DNA from: Octopus sinensis
Taxonomy: Eukaryota
NCBI RefSeq assembly: GCF_006345805.1
Contig: NC_043005.1
Coordinates: 14,136,001 to 14,200,000 of the forward strand
DNA length: 64,000 nucleotides
Direction of reading: 5' to 3'
Under the pieces are notes generated by a model, which saw only the letters and a program-made list of their open reading frames with translations, was not told the DNA's origin and did no database searches. Position numbers and translations under genes: made by a program. Below are positions 11,491 to 24,417 of the stretch, piece by piece (positions within the stretch are counted from its first letter, which is position 1; each line of letters starts with the position of its first letter).

Positions 11491-14400
11491 GGACACTGTC
11501 ATCTCTACCCAGCCCAAAATATAAAACGCAAATTAGTTCTTAAAATTAATTTATGATGGCAGAGATATTTTCCAAATCTTTAAAAAATGCTTTCCTTTTT
11601 TCTCTCTCCCTCTCTCAACTGATATATATATATATATCAAATGAAAGAAAATTATCTTCAGAAGTTAAAAGAACTTACAAATTTAGTACTAAACTCAAGA
11701 TTGCCAAGCTAAATTACCTCTCAGTAGTCAGAACACTGATTATTATAAATAACATTCTAAAAAAAATCTTTTCGCTTCTCTACAGTTAGGTGAATGGAGA
11801 TATAGACAAGTGTTGTAATATCAAGCGATCCAATCTCACACACAAACTAGTCTCGAAAAGCTGAATTTCATGTATGAGATGTTGGCTCTCCTTCTCAGGA
11901 GCTTTTTTGTTACTTTTTCTCTATCTGACTCTATAACTTTCATAATATTTATAAGTATTAACAGTACTTTACAAATAGTAATAATATTGGCCCATGTAAC
12001 TCATTGACTTTTAAATTTGTTGCAAATTTAGCTAACAAATGTCATGAACAAATTATATTTAGGTCAAAATTAAAACCATTTATTCTTTTATTAATGTATT
12101 GTTTGGTGGTGGTGGGGTCTTGATAGTAATTTAGTTGCTATAATTGACTCAAATGGAAGATTAACAATAAATCTTGTTTAGCAGCACCACAGTTTTACTT
12201 AAGTAGATCCTATATCACAATATAACCAACAGAATGAAGAAAGATTCTGTCAACAAAATTTAATGATAGCTATATTGTCCTTATGGTGAAGCATATTATC
12301 TTAAGCTGATCGATTAGTTGGGACAGGTGACATCTCTGATTCACATGTCATTGCTGTCTGACATTAAATCATGCAACTCCCCCTCATTATAAGGATGGTA
12401 AGAACTTTCCCTGTTGGTTCTGGTCAATGACTTTGATGAAGACAAGTAACTACTTTTACTAGTTTATAACCCAGAGTTATAAACTATGCCAAAAATTTTA
12501 CAGCAGATAAAACACTTGATATCTTAATACACTTCTGTGCATCCTATCAAATTTTATGACCCCAACAGCCTCCTGTAGAGATCTTTAAAATAACTAATTT
12601 AATATCTTTTCAAAAGAGACCAAGAATAACTTGTAGGAAACATTTTTTTTTTTTTTTTACAAGCAACTTTCAATGTATTAAAATAGAAATATTTAATTAA
12701 CATTCCAGATAAATTTTCAGTGGGAATTTCCATAATAAATTCTCGTTCTCATTAATTTTCTTTAGTTCCACTATTTAGCAATTAAGGGTATGAATTATTT
12801 CAAATAATACACACACAATCACTAAATCTTTTCCCACTAATTCTACACAACTTTATCTTCATCCAAAGAAATCAACATGAAGCAAAATTACAGAAATATA
12901 TTAGCGTTCCTAAACCAAAGTAAATCTGCCATGAAGATTGCAATGTGGGAAATGAAACTAACCGACTCTAAGACAATAATTTTGGCTATGATCATTCTAT
13001 CAGACAGATTATTACTGCAAATTCTCATAAACTAGGCTTTACTGATCTATCCAATACTTAAACTGAAGTGTAAACAGGGGTTGATAGAGTCCTAAAAGAG
13101 AAGAAATGTTTGTTTCAATCCTTTTTCTTTAGAAGTTTGTATGAAAGACTTACTTATTGTACAGATGGTTATCCTTCCTCACTTTGGTAAATGCCTTAAA
13201 ATCATCAGGCATTAACATGACTGGCACAGGTATATGGCTCAGTTCATTGATCTGAAAATAAAATAGGATATCAATTAACCGTTTCATCAAAACTGTTAGC
13301 ACAAGTTACAATAGAAAAAATAAGGATGTTGTCTTATAATAAGTGGCAGTTTATTTGTTATTTACAAGATGTTTCCTTGATAAATGTACTTGTTTCAGTC
13401 CTAGTCACTTGCATTTAAAACATGTCCATTATGAGATACCTGTATTTTTTTTTTTTTTTACCTGACAACTCACTCTATCACATCTCCTCCTCCTCCTCCT
13501 CCAAGAGTTGAAGCAGTTAAACCAGAAAAGCATTATTTCAAGGTATGAAGAAATAATCTTTTGTAACGGTCTCAAGAATGATAACCCAATTTAAGAAGGT
13601 TATCTTTCAATTCTTCTGAATATTACTACATGCAAGATACCAGTTAAAACATGTAAAACTTTGAAAAACAACAAGTCAAATACTATTGAAAATGTTAATT
13701 ACATGGTATACTAGAAATTTCCATATTTAAATAACACTATTTTGCTAGTTTCCTGCCAACAAAGGGAATGGTATAATTATTAGTGAAATAATAAAAAAAA
13801 TAGGTATTAATAGTACAATATAAAAAAAACATAAACCATAAAATATTTTGTAATTTTAAGGAAAGCCATAAACTATTAGGGAATGTCTTACTGAGTGACA
13901 CACTCCAATACTTAAAGGATGCACTGGGAAATTTTTAATTATCTTTTCCATGAAACAAAGCCCTGATAGTTTTCAGTATTATGCAGGAAGCCTTAGATTT
14001 ATCAATATGAAGAACTAGGAAATGTATGACATTTATGTACTTGGTGACCATTTAAGCAAAATAAATTATGCAGTTAACTGAACTACAGTGTATAACTTCA
14101 TTTTTTTTTTCTCTATGCCAAATCATCATGGAAGCTAAACAATTTGATAAGAGAAAGGGAGAGAGAGAGAAGGAGAGAGAAAGGGGAGAGTGTGTGTGTG
14201 TGTGTACGTGCGTGTGTGCACACGCACGCATGAACATACACACAGAGTGAAAGCTGCTTATTCTGACCACTTTCAAATGGGGAATTTTAGACAATAATAA
14301 TTGGTTGGTAATGATAGTCATATGATAACATTATCCATGATTATAATAAGCAAACTCCACTGTGGGTGTTTTGTATGTATTTAAAACAGATTTGTTTTAG

Positions 14401-14884
14401 AATTAACCAATGATGGTAATACCCCAAATCTTCAGCAGAACAACATTGTTACCAGAAAAAAAGCCAGTTTCTGGCTTTGTTAGTCCTCATCATTGAAATT
14501 TAATCCTCCAGTTCTGTCTAGAAATCATAGCCAAATCACATAAAAATTGTTGCTCAGCTTTGCATGAGTGGAGGAACTAATTTGCATGTTGGTACAAGTT
14601 TAACAACAGTTATAAATTTTGTGTATACACCAACAAAAGATGAAAACAAAATATATTTAGTACACCAAACTATAAAAACTTTGATATCTGCCAAAATATA
14701 TGTACTTTCAGTAATTTATCACTGGACTGCAGAAGTAGTTACTAAATTATAGCTGTCGAAGATCCACCTTGCAGGATGGATCTAGCTCACGACAATGTTT
14801 TTGTCCAACCCTTTTGCCCGATTTTATTAGAATAAAAATATTTTTGTTCATTTAAAAATACTGTCAAATATATTACTTGTATGC

Positions 14885-15111
14885 GGGTGAGCTGGCAGAA
14901 ACGTTAGCACGCCAGGCGAAATGCATACCCGTATTTCGTCTGTCGTTACGTTCTGAGTTCAAATTCCACCGAGGTCGACTTTGCCTTTCATCCTTTCGGG
15001 GTCGATAAATAAAGTACCAGTTTCGCACTGGGGTCGATGTAATCGACTTAATACCTTTGTCTGTTCACGTTTGTCCCCTCTATGTTTAGCCCCTTGTGGG
15101 CAATAAAAAAT
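14885..15111 (+). mobile_element. SINE family A
   Basis: 17-bp TSD ATATATTACTTGTATGC (14868-14884, 15112-15128); family A sequence. Confidence 0.93.
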
Positions 15112-15318
15112 ATATATTACTTGTATGCATAGTGTTAGAGCCCAGTTAGAGTTGTGATTAATACTGGTTTTGAATAGTTAAATAAGAACACCTTTTTCAC
15201 TCCAAACAGGACAGTATATACACCATATGAATGAGTTATTGTCTATTTTCTTTTTTTTTTAGTCACACATCTTTGCACACAAACTTTACTTAACATAGCA
15301 TATTCTTTCCTTTCTTTA

Positions 15319-15698
15319 TCTCTATATATATAAAGCTGAAGTTGTCTGTGTATGGCAGGTTTGGTAGCCTTCAACTAACACTATCTCCTCCGCAAGTTGA
15401 CCAAAATTGAGAGTATGATAGAAGGTTTGCTCTTCCTTCCGTAAAAGAAAAAATTCAAATCGGACCATGTTAACACCAAAAATTATTTAGATCAAAAAGG
15501 TGCTTTTGTTTTTTCTATGAAAATCCATATTTTTTACGATTTTTTGACTGCTGTGTCGCCATTTTTCGGTGTATTTCAACCAGAAAAATGCTCACTTAAA
15601 GAGAATAACAAGCTACATAATGCAAAATTTTTACCTTTCAAAAGTTCCAATTCTAAAGGGTCAAAACAAACCCAAGCAATGCCGGGCGATACTGCTAG
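15319..15698 (+). mobile_element. Non-autonomous Helitron (interior variant 2)
   Basis: A|TC 5' end, subterminal hairpin CCCAAGCAATGCCGGG, CTAG|T 3' end, no TSD. Confidence 0.85.
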
Positions 15699-16282
15699 TT
15701 GTTGATAAAGTTGTTATGGTGTATATTTATTTATTTGGGCCTACATTATGAACAGGGATTTTAGGAATAACTGTCTCCATCCAGCCTGTAAGATGTAGGT
15801 TATACTTCAATTTGGGCTGGAAATCCAAATGAGTTTAACACCTCTGTACAAATCATCAATCTGTGCCACACACACGACAGTGTAACTCAGAGTCCTCTCT
15901 CTCTCTCTCTCTTATAAAAGGGTTTTAAACCCAAAAGGATGGTTTCCTCTACATATTTCTTGAAAGCCTTTTAACTCAGTTATATAAACAAGACCCTGCT
16001 CTAGTAACATCAATCTACCTAGCTGAAAATAGATACCAAAAAGGATCTCCAATTGTAAAAATATCACTATCAGGACCACGACCACCAACCCACAACATTA
16101 TAAGGTGTATAAATTTGTAGACACTTCATTCTCTAACCACTGCTAACCCATCAAAATCTTACAAAAATACATCAAACACTATAAGCACAACAAAACTTTG
16201 AAACATGCAGAACTTGTAAAACCATAAAGTTTTTAAAAGTACTTAGTCTTAAAAAGAAGTATTTCATTAACAACAAACATTA

Positions 16283-16671
16283 TAGGCACCAGTGTAGCTG
16301 TGTGATTAGGAAGTTTGCTTCCAAACCACATGGTTTTGGATTCAGTCCTACTACATGCCTTGGGTAAGTGTCTTCTATTACAGCCTTGGGCCACCCTAAG
16401 CCTTGAGAGAAGATTTGGAAGATGAAAACTGAAAAAAAAAAACAGTGTGTGTGTACACGCACATGCTCTTAGTGCATACATGCATGTGATAGTTGTAAAC
16501 AAGATCCACTGTCATACAATCTTCTCTGAAAACTTGTCTGGCCAGAGGTAAAATATTAGGAGCTGGGAAACAGGTGAGGGTTGGCAACAAGATGGGCATC
16601 CAGTTACAGATCTGCCTGACAAATTTAATCAAACCCATGTGAACATGGAAAATAGATGTTAAAATGATGAT
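16283..16671 (+). mobile_element. Older SINE family B copy carrying the RTE-type tail
   Basis: Head AGGCACCAGTGTAGCTGTGTGATTAGG, CCTTGGGTAAGTGTCTT core, ends GGGCATCCAG...AACCCATG...GATGTTAAAATGATGAT. Confidence 0.8.
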
Positions 16672-18246
16672 TTTACTTCAGTTTAAAACTACAGAAGGGA
16701 CACCAACAAAACAAAAAAAAATACACAAACAACAGAGTTGGGAAGCTATGGTTTCTCACCTGTATGACTACAACTAAAAAACAATAAGCAACTTAATTCA
16801 GGATAGTAATAGTTCAGAATGGTGAATGGCAGAAAGAGAAGAGCGTCAAATAAATAACTCATGCTATTAGGTTATGTCCTTTTCAAATTCTGAGTTGAAA
16901 CCCACTCAAGTCAACCTTTCAAGTTTCTGAGGTAAATAAAATAAGGGCTAGTCAAGAACTGATATAAATAGAATATCTGCGAAAATAAAGATCTGAGTTG
17001 AATTAAAACAACAAAGATGCTGAAATATTTAGAACACACTTCTCCACATAGTCTTATTTAACAAATTCTATTTAATGCTTTTTACCAACATAGACCACCG
17101 CTACTTTCTTAAAGTATAATTTCCCTTTGCTAATTCGTTGTTAGATCAGTATTGTAACTTGTCTTCACTATAACTTGTTCCAAGTTTTAGATTATTGACA
17201 ATTGTAGTTTGTTTTTGATGTGGTAAGGAGGCTTTCAAAGAAGATTCTACGGCTATGTTCAGCAAGTTGAGTAACTACAATACAAAACCTTTACTACCTT
17301 GCTCATCAAGTGTTTCAGATTAAATAAATTGGACTCTTTAATCAGTTAGATGAGCTTCTTGAGAATTTCCCACTATGTGAATCTCTTCTGCAAATGACAT
17401 GCAGAAAACCACCCACACAACAGTATTTTTATTCATAGCTCTGAATCAAGTGGCAAATGTTATGATCCTGTAACCAAACGCTTCTGCAAACTCTTCCCTA
17501 AATTCTACCATTTTTTTCTTTATTTTTATTATTAACCTATAATTAAGGAGATATATGAATTTTAAAAAAGAAAGAAAAGGCTAATCTTTATATAGGGACA
17601 TGACTATTTTCAGAATTATTAACAAATAGGTTAGATAAATACAAGTTAAAATATTAAAGTAATTTGAAGCTAAACACCATCTAACTACATGTATATTCAT
17701 TGCATGTTAGATAAAATAAAAAAATGAGAGTACAACTGAGAAATGACTGGCATTTATTCTAAGATAATAGCATACACCACAGATCTGTTACAGTTGGTGT
17801 TGAATTAGAAGTGTTGTCTATTAATACTTGCTGGTTAATACATAAGCTAAAGCTGAATAAGTCTATGGTGTTTGTAAAGCAACTTTGATACATAAACGTA
17901 TAAACTAGTATTGTGTATTCTGCTTTAAGCATGACCATCTTTCTAATTAAGTATCCAGATTTAACTCCTAACACTGAAACCAAAATCCAGCTGCTGCCTA
18001 TGAGTCAACAAGAGAATCTCTATGCAATTGCTCAACCTGTTAAATACAGCAACCAAATTTCATTCAAATCACTAACACAGCCATCTTTAGAAAAAAAGGA
18101 CATATTTGGTAATATAGTCAGAGATATATCCGAAAGTACAATGGGATGGTCACATCGAGAGCACTTTTGATCAGAAATTTTCATCAGGATTAACCTGAGA
18201 GTAAACAATCTTACTGTTGTATCTCGCCTTATTCCTTACTAGTAGT

Positions 18247-18463
18247 TATTTCTTTACTACCCACAAGGGGCTAAACACAGAGGGGACAAACAAGGACAGA
18301 CAAACGAATTAAGTCGATTACATCGACCCCAGTGCATAACTGGTACTTAATTTATCGACCCCGAAAGGATTTGGCAGAATTTGAACTCAGAACGTAATGC
18401 CAGACGATATACAGCTACGCATTTCGCCCAGCGTGCTAACGTTTCTGCCAGCTCGCCGCCTTA
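18247..18463 (-). mobile_element. SINE family A
   Basis: 16-bp TSD ATTCCTTACTAGTAGT (18231-18246, 18464-18479). Confidence 0.93.
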
Positions 18464-18928
18464 ATTCCTTACTAGTAGTAAACACCAATAGTATTACAAA
18501 TGTCACAGTTCAACCAGGGTTATCAGTATTGTTGTTATAAAATTATATCAAAAATGTATACAAAATACATGAAACAGTGAAGTATAGCTTCAATATCAAT
18601 TTTATTCATACCTAGTTGGTACATCACATTCAGTTATTGCAAAATAATTTGACCCAACATTAGCCAAAACCTAATGAAAACAAAAGGAATTGTGTTCTCT
18701 ACATATGTGATCAATATCTGAATGTATTTTCTCTAAGTTAATAATCCTTCATATGGATTACTTGAAAACAGGTGTATTTTGGATTGAAAATGATTACATA
18801 TTTGCATCTATCCCGTCTCTAAATCTTTACTTATCATCAGTCTTTTAAGGGGCATATTTTTACTCCAAAACTGACAGATCAACTCCATCAACACACAATC
18901 AAGATCGTTATATTTTATTCTATGCAAC

Positions 18929-19127
18929 ACGGAGTTTTGTCAGTGAACAGGTCGCGGTCTCAAAGTGACGAAAATATTTTGACAAATTAAATTTAAATGT
19001 TGAAGTGAATCTAACGTTTTTTGTGTGTTTCTTAAATGGCTTATAAACACCTTCCATGCTGCAATTGTTTTCATTCCAGCACACGATCTCAGATCAGGTC
19101 ACTTGCTATGCAAGTACATCTCCGTAA
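18929..19127 (+). mobile_element. Putative Penelope-like element pseudo-LTR fragment
   Basis: CpG-containing segment bounded by ACGGAG/CTCCGT that carries a minimal hammerhead fold, a known hallmark of Penelope pLTRs; boundaries approximate. Confidence 0.5.
18936..18986 (+). ncRNA. Predicted minimal type I hammerhead ribozyme, G3:C8 core variant
   Basis: tttgtca-GTGAACA-g-gtcgc(ggtctcaaa)gtgac-GAA-AatatT-T-tgacaaa: 7-bp stem I, 5-bp stem II, palindromic stem III AATATT. Confidence 0.6.
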
Positions 19128-19715
19128 TGTTTTTCTATTTTTCAATAATTCTGTCCCTTGCTTTCAGTATAGAGCTTCACCAGTTTGTCCTTTTGCTTTT
19201 TAGGGTTAGATGGAGTGGTTGTTCCAAAACCAAACACCTCAGTCAGACACTTCAGACATTGCTGTTAAGACTTTTCAACAATTTGACTCCCCGTGGTAAT
19301 GTTAAACATAAAGTGCTCCCACCTCCTCTCAGTTACCCATAAGAATATCTTCACACCTTTTCATCACAGAATACTGCACAAAACATATGCGAGCATTGCA
19401 TACCTGGAAGGTGCAGCTATGACAGCTACTAAATATAAACTGGCGCCAACATGACTGGGTTGGGTAGCCCAACTCAGGGTAGATGAGGTTACTGTTAAAG
19501 CAACTGACAGGTGGTCACGTGGATCAGAACAACAGCACAAGGCTGAAAAGCTTTCCAAGCACTTTCTGAAAATTATTTGTGATGCTTCTCTCACTCAAAA
19601 TGCTTTCAAATTTTAGTGTTTTCAGTTGAAGACAATGAACCTGCAGTCACTATTATTATAGTTACTAATATCAATACATTTATGTTTAAACACATTCCTT
19701 TGGCATTTCATTTTT

Positions 19716-20090
19716 CATCATCATTGTCGTTTAGCGTCCGCTTTCCATGCTAGCATGGGTTGGACGGTTCAACTGAGGTCTGGGAAGCCAGAAGGCTGCA
19801 CCAGGCCCAGTTGATCTGGCAATGTTTCTATGGCTGGATGCCCTTCCTAACGCCAACCACTCCATGCGTGTAGTGGGTGCTTTTTACGTGCCACCGGCAC
19901 AGGTGCCAGACGAGTCTGGCAAACGGCCACGATCAGATGGTGCTTTTTATGTGCCACTGGCACAGGGGCCAGGCGAGGCCACGAACAGATGGAGCTTTTT
20001 ACGTGCCACCGGCACGAAGCCAGACGGAGCGGCGCTGGCAATGGCCACGAACGGATGGTGCTTTTTACATGCCACCGGCACGAGGCCAGT
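19716..20090 (-). mobile_element. RTE 3'UTR copy with (GAT)n tail and four internal modules
   Basis: Reverse complement of about 9800-10066. Confidence 0.9.
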
Positions 20091-20633
20091 CGTAAATTAT
20101 TTCTTTTCAGATACACCACGGTTTGACCAGCATACAACAACTCAAAAAATAATGCTGGTCTAAGTAGTTGATATAAATAAAATTGGTTTCAAAAACGAAA
20201 GTTTTTTTTTTCTCCCCCACTTCTCTGAAAAATATAATTTACTTTGTTCAGTAATAACTGATAAGAAATTTGGGATTTCTACCTTCAAAAATCTCTTAGG
20301 TATCTGAGTAAATACTCAGGTAAGCATTCAAACAAACAAACAAATCTTCATGTGGTTGCTCAATCTGCAAAGAATAACAGCCAAATCTCACTGTGAGAGA
20401 CATTAGATACTGTCATCCTAGATGCACAATGACCAATAAAAGAATATGATGGTCACAAACACCTTTTGAATATAAATTTGCTCAGTCAGGTCTGACCTGG
20501 AGCTAAAACAACAAAACACTGACAAAAATAGCCACTTAATGCTTAGATGGCTACAAATGTTGGATGGAAGAAACTATGGTAAGAGTAGAGGCTAACATAC
20601 AATCTTTACACTATGATTCTGCTTGCTCTAAAA

Positions 20634-20952
20634 CAGTCATGGCCAACCTGCAGCTTGTGAGGATCTCTGAATGGCATGATTAACCCTTTCGTTACCAACC
20701 CGGCTGAAACCGGCTCTGGCTCTGAATACAACTGTCTTGTTTTCATAAGTTTTGAATTAATATCTTCCACCAAACCTTAGTCACAATTCATGTTCCTAAC
20801 ACTAACTACGTTATTTTACTAACTAAATTCTTTGTTATATTTAAAATTAATTGAAAGAAACACAGAGCATCTCAACAGAAATACAGTAACGAAAGGGTTA
20901 ATGAAAAATCACCTTGAATTTATGCAACCCACTTCTTGAAAAAGATTGCCTG
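20634..20952. mobile_element. Old hAT-type MITE hosting a piggyBac MITE
   Basis: 8-bp TSD CTCTAAAA (20626-20633, 20953-20960); CAGTCATGGCCAAC left end; right end decayed. Confidence 0.6.
20684..20897 (+). mobile_element. piggyBac-type MITE (family P1)
   Basis: TTAA TSD on both sides; TIR CCCTTTCGTTAC / GTAACGAAAGGG; second copy at 37793. Confidence 0.9.
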
Positions 20953-23184
20953 CTCTAAAATGACAAGAGGATGCTAGTATAACCAATAATTATATTGATG
21001 TTATTCACACCATATGCAAAGACACATAAAAGACACTAACACATAGTCAAGGAAAAGTGCCTATCTTACTGCCTTTCTAGAAATCTATAGTCAAAAGTGG
21101 CTAATTTAACAACTGATACTTCCACATTCTTTAAAATAATTTTATCTTTAATTAAAAAGGTCACAGTGATAACACTCCCTGCAGAGTTATTATCCTATTT
21201 ATAACAAACATTGCCAAAGGAAATGCATCCACTGACTGTCAAAGGACAGGTTGGCAGTGCTTGTTAAAATTCTCAGAGGTCGGCTGGTATTTTAGTTGCA
21301 GCATATTATCTAAGCAGCCACCTCAGTTAGGTAAACTAGCATGGTAGCTGTATTTAACCATAGCAATATGCACACACGCATGTGTGTATGTTGGTGCAAT
21401 AGGGTATTGAAAATAATTGTTGCCTGAAAAACATGGGTGAAACTCAGATTAGTGACAGAGATATCACTAATGTTTGAGAGAGGGGGAGGCAGAGTAGAGA
21501 ATAGGTCAGTAGGTATAATCACACACACAATGTGATTATGCAACACAAGAGGCAAGAATTAGGGTCAGATGTTGGACTGGATAATACATATGTACATTCT
21601 CAGAACAGCATTCTGGTTTTGTTTCACTGATATAAGCAACTAAGCCAAGACTACAAATGAAAACAGCTGTTTGTTTGGAAGATGTGTTATCATATAGCAA
21701 TAAGCATTATCAAAAGTGTGAGGCAACTCAACATCATGTTTCCAGGACACAATTAGTGCCAGTATGTTAAAACAATGTGGTTTGAATTGCCATCTGGATG
21801 CAAAATATTGTAATCAATTTGACTAAAAATACCTATTTTGTAGAGAAAGCCAATATGAAGTAGGAATCAGAAAGAACTTCATTTATATCTACCATAAATA
21901 TGCTTAGAAAACATTACCATTATTATTATTATATTATTATTATTAAATGTAAAACAGAAGCAAAACAAGAATGGTTTATTTCTTTTATATCTATATATTT
22001 ATTTTGATTGTTTGACAAAGGATTTCAAAATCTGAAACAGCGAAATGCCAAGGAAATAACAAAAAGTATAAACCACTATTTTTGTTTGGCTTTCGTTTTG
22101 TTTGTTTTCTCTTGAATTCCAAACTTGCATTATAGAGGCTTTCTTAAACGTTATTATTCTATTTCACAATGCTTCATATTAAGTATATAATATCTAAGAT
22201 GTTACAAGTGAAAGGCATTAACTGTTTCGACACTGACCAAGAAATACATATGAAAGTGTTGATCTGTGACCATTTTACATTCAATAACTTTAAAGATTGC
22301 TAATTTTCAGTTAATAAAACACATGATCTGTTGTAATTCAAGATTTTCTAAATTCAGTTAAAGTTGTCTGCAAAACAAAGAATTTTGATTTTGGAATAGT
22401 TTTCATTCTAAATAAAAGCTGAGTTATTTGCAAGGGGTTTAAATATGGTCATTGCATCTACCCCAAATGAATATTAACAATGGTGAACACTTAAATCAGC
22501 AGATGTAAGGTAAAACAATTGAATGGAAGACAATTCATTCTCTTTGATAATGGAATCATTCAATTTGTTCCTTGAGAGATTCTGGTAATATAATTTGGAA
22601 GATGGAATGAGACTTTTAGGCACAAAGGAGATAAAATGTCACGTTATTCATTAGATTAAACACAAATCCAATTGAAGCTGATGTTTCTTTGAAATGCTTT
22701 CAATAGAACCACCAGAGTTGTACACTGAAAGCTAAAAAATACAATTCAGTTGAAACATGAAGATCTTGTTATCTAGGGACCACAATATTGATTTATTTGT
22801 TAGGCATGAATTTACAGATGAAAAATATGTCAATGTCCTTTAAGCTTTTAAAGGCTGGTGCTTATACAGATGAGAGACAAATCTCTTTAATAGGATAGGA
22901 AGGATGTCAGTCTATAATAACACTCCCTAATGATCTGATGTTTATTCTTTAGAAGTGTACTTCCCAAATCCACAACAAAATACTTGTGATAGTTTTGAAA
23001 TCAAAACCTTTCCAAGGGTTGTCCATTTTATTCAGCCATTTCACTCTTGCACAAATGTACAGACAGTAAAGGAAAGATATTTATGACTTCTGTTAGCACT
23101 ATAAGGGGAAAGAATTGTCTTCAGTTAAATCTGACCAACTCACAGGTTACTTCTCACTCAAAAACACACACTACATCCAAAGTA

Positions 23185-24417
23185 CAGGGTGAATAAAGTA
23201 TTTGAAGATATACCATTTTTGGGTCATTGCTGCATTTTTTTGCTAACTCTGTATAATCTTTGTTTCAGAAAATAATAATGGCAAACCTTCAGCTTACTCA
23301 AGAAATGAAGAGGCATGCTGTTATTGCAGTTATAAAAGCTGAGCATAGTGATTTAGAAATATCTCAATTCTTAAAAGTTGCCAAAACTTTCATCTAAAAA
23401 GTTTGTAAGGAGTTAGAAAGTGAAGACAGAAATGTATCACCAGTATCAAAGCATAAAAAGCATTCTAAATGCTCTGAAACCATCAGAACACCTGAATTTA
23501 TCCAGCAAGTTCAACAAAGCATTGATTACAATCCCAGAAAGTCCATGAGGTCAATTGCAAAAGATCTCCATATGTCAGAAGGAACAGTCAGAAATGTTGT
23601 CCACAAAGACATCAGATATGTCTTATATGATGAAGAAAGGTCAATTTGTCAGAAAAAGCAAAAGAAAATCACTATATCAAATCTAAAAGGCTCTTACACA
23701 AACTGAAAAATCCAACAGTGGTTTTTCTCAAACGAGAAAATTCAACCAAGATCAAAAAGTTAACAAAAGAAATGACAGATGGTTATGTGCAGACTCTTCT
23801 GAAGTTCCAAGTGTTATGCATACAAAATTTCCTGCAACTGTCATGGTTTTAGGGTTGTCAGCAATGGAGGACATGCGATGCCCCCTTACTTCTTTCCAAA
23901 AAGCCTCAGAGTTAACTCTGTAGCCAACATTAAGGTCCTGGAAATAATTGTTAAGCTCTGGATAGTCAGTGTATGCAATTCAATGCCATATGTGTTTCAG
24001 TAACATTCTGCACTATCACACATGGCTCTAGTAACACAGAAATGGATGGCTGAAAATTTTCATGATCACATAACCCCTAACAGTTGGCCTCCTAATTCCC
24101 CAGATCTCAATCCATTGCACTATGTGGAACATTGTTGAGAGAGAGGTCAATGAACACACCCATAACACCAATGACTCTTTTATAGCTGCCATAGTCAGAG
24201 TCATGTCCAAAATGAACCTGGACCACTTGATTTGAGCATATAGATGATTTAGATTTAATATAAAAGCAGTTGGTGGCTTTATTGAACAACACTACAGAAA
24301 AGAAGGTTTATTTTTATCCTCATAGCAATTTTTGATAAATAAAGTTATTATTTCTTTTCATATATCTGGGATTCTTTTATAAACATAAATCTGTCCTCAA
24401 ATATCTTATACACCCTG
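23185..24417 (+). mobile_element. Full-length decayed maT (DD37D) Tc1/mariner transposon
   Basis: TA|CAGGGTGAATAAAGTATTTGAAGA ... TCCTCAAATATCTTATACACCCTG|TA; about 1.23 kb. Confidence 0.92.
23278..24300 (+). pseudogene. maT/DD37D transposase pseudogene
   Basis: MANLQLTQEMKRHAVI..RTPEFIQQVQQSIDYNPRKSMRSIAKDL..FFSNEK..NKRNDRWL..HTKFPATVMVLGVVS..YVFQ*HSALSH..WPPNSPDLNPLHY; 37 residues between the second and third catalytic positions. Confidence 0.9.

Noticed and set aside
11178-11556. Overlapping ORFs rich in YI/HT/CV
   Set aside because: Translations of (TA)n/(TG)n microsatellite; the same applies to ORFs at 10387, 41422, 44211 and 49506
19716-20090. Repeat-spacer appearance (GGTGCTTTTTACGTGCCACCGGCAC every 50-65 bp) resembling a CRISPR array
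   Set aside because: Spacers are homologous to each other, the array lies inside a (GAT)n-tailed retroelement, the context is eukaryotic and there are no cas genes
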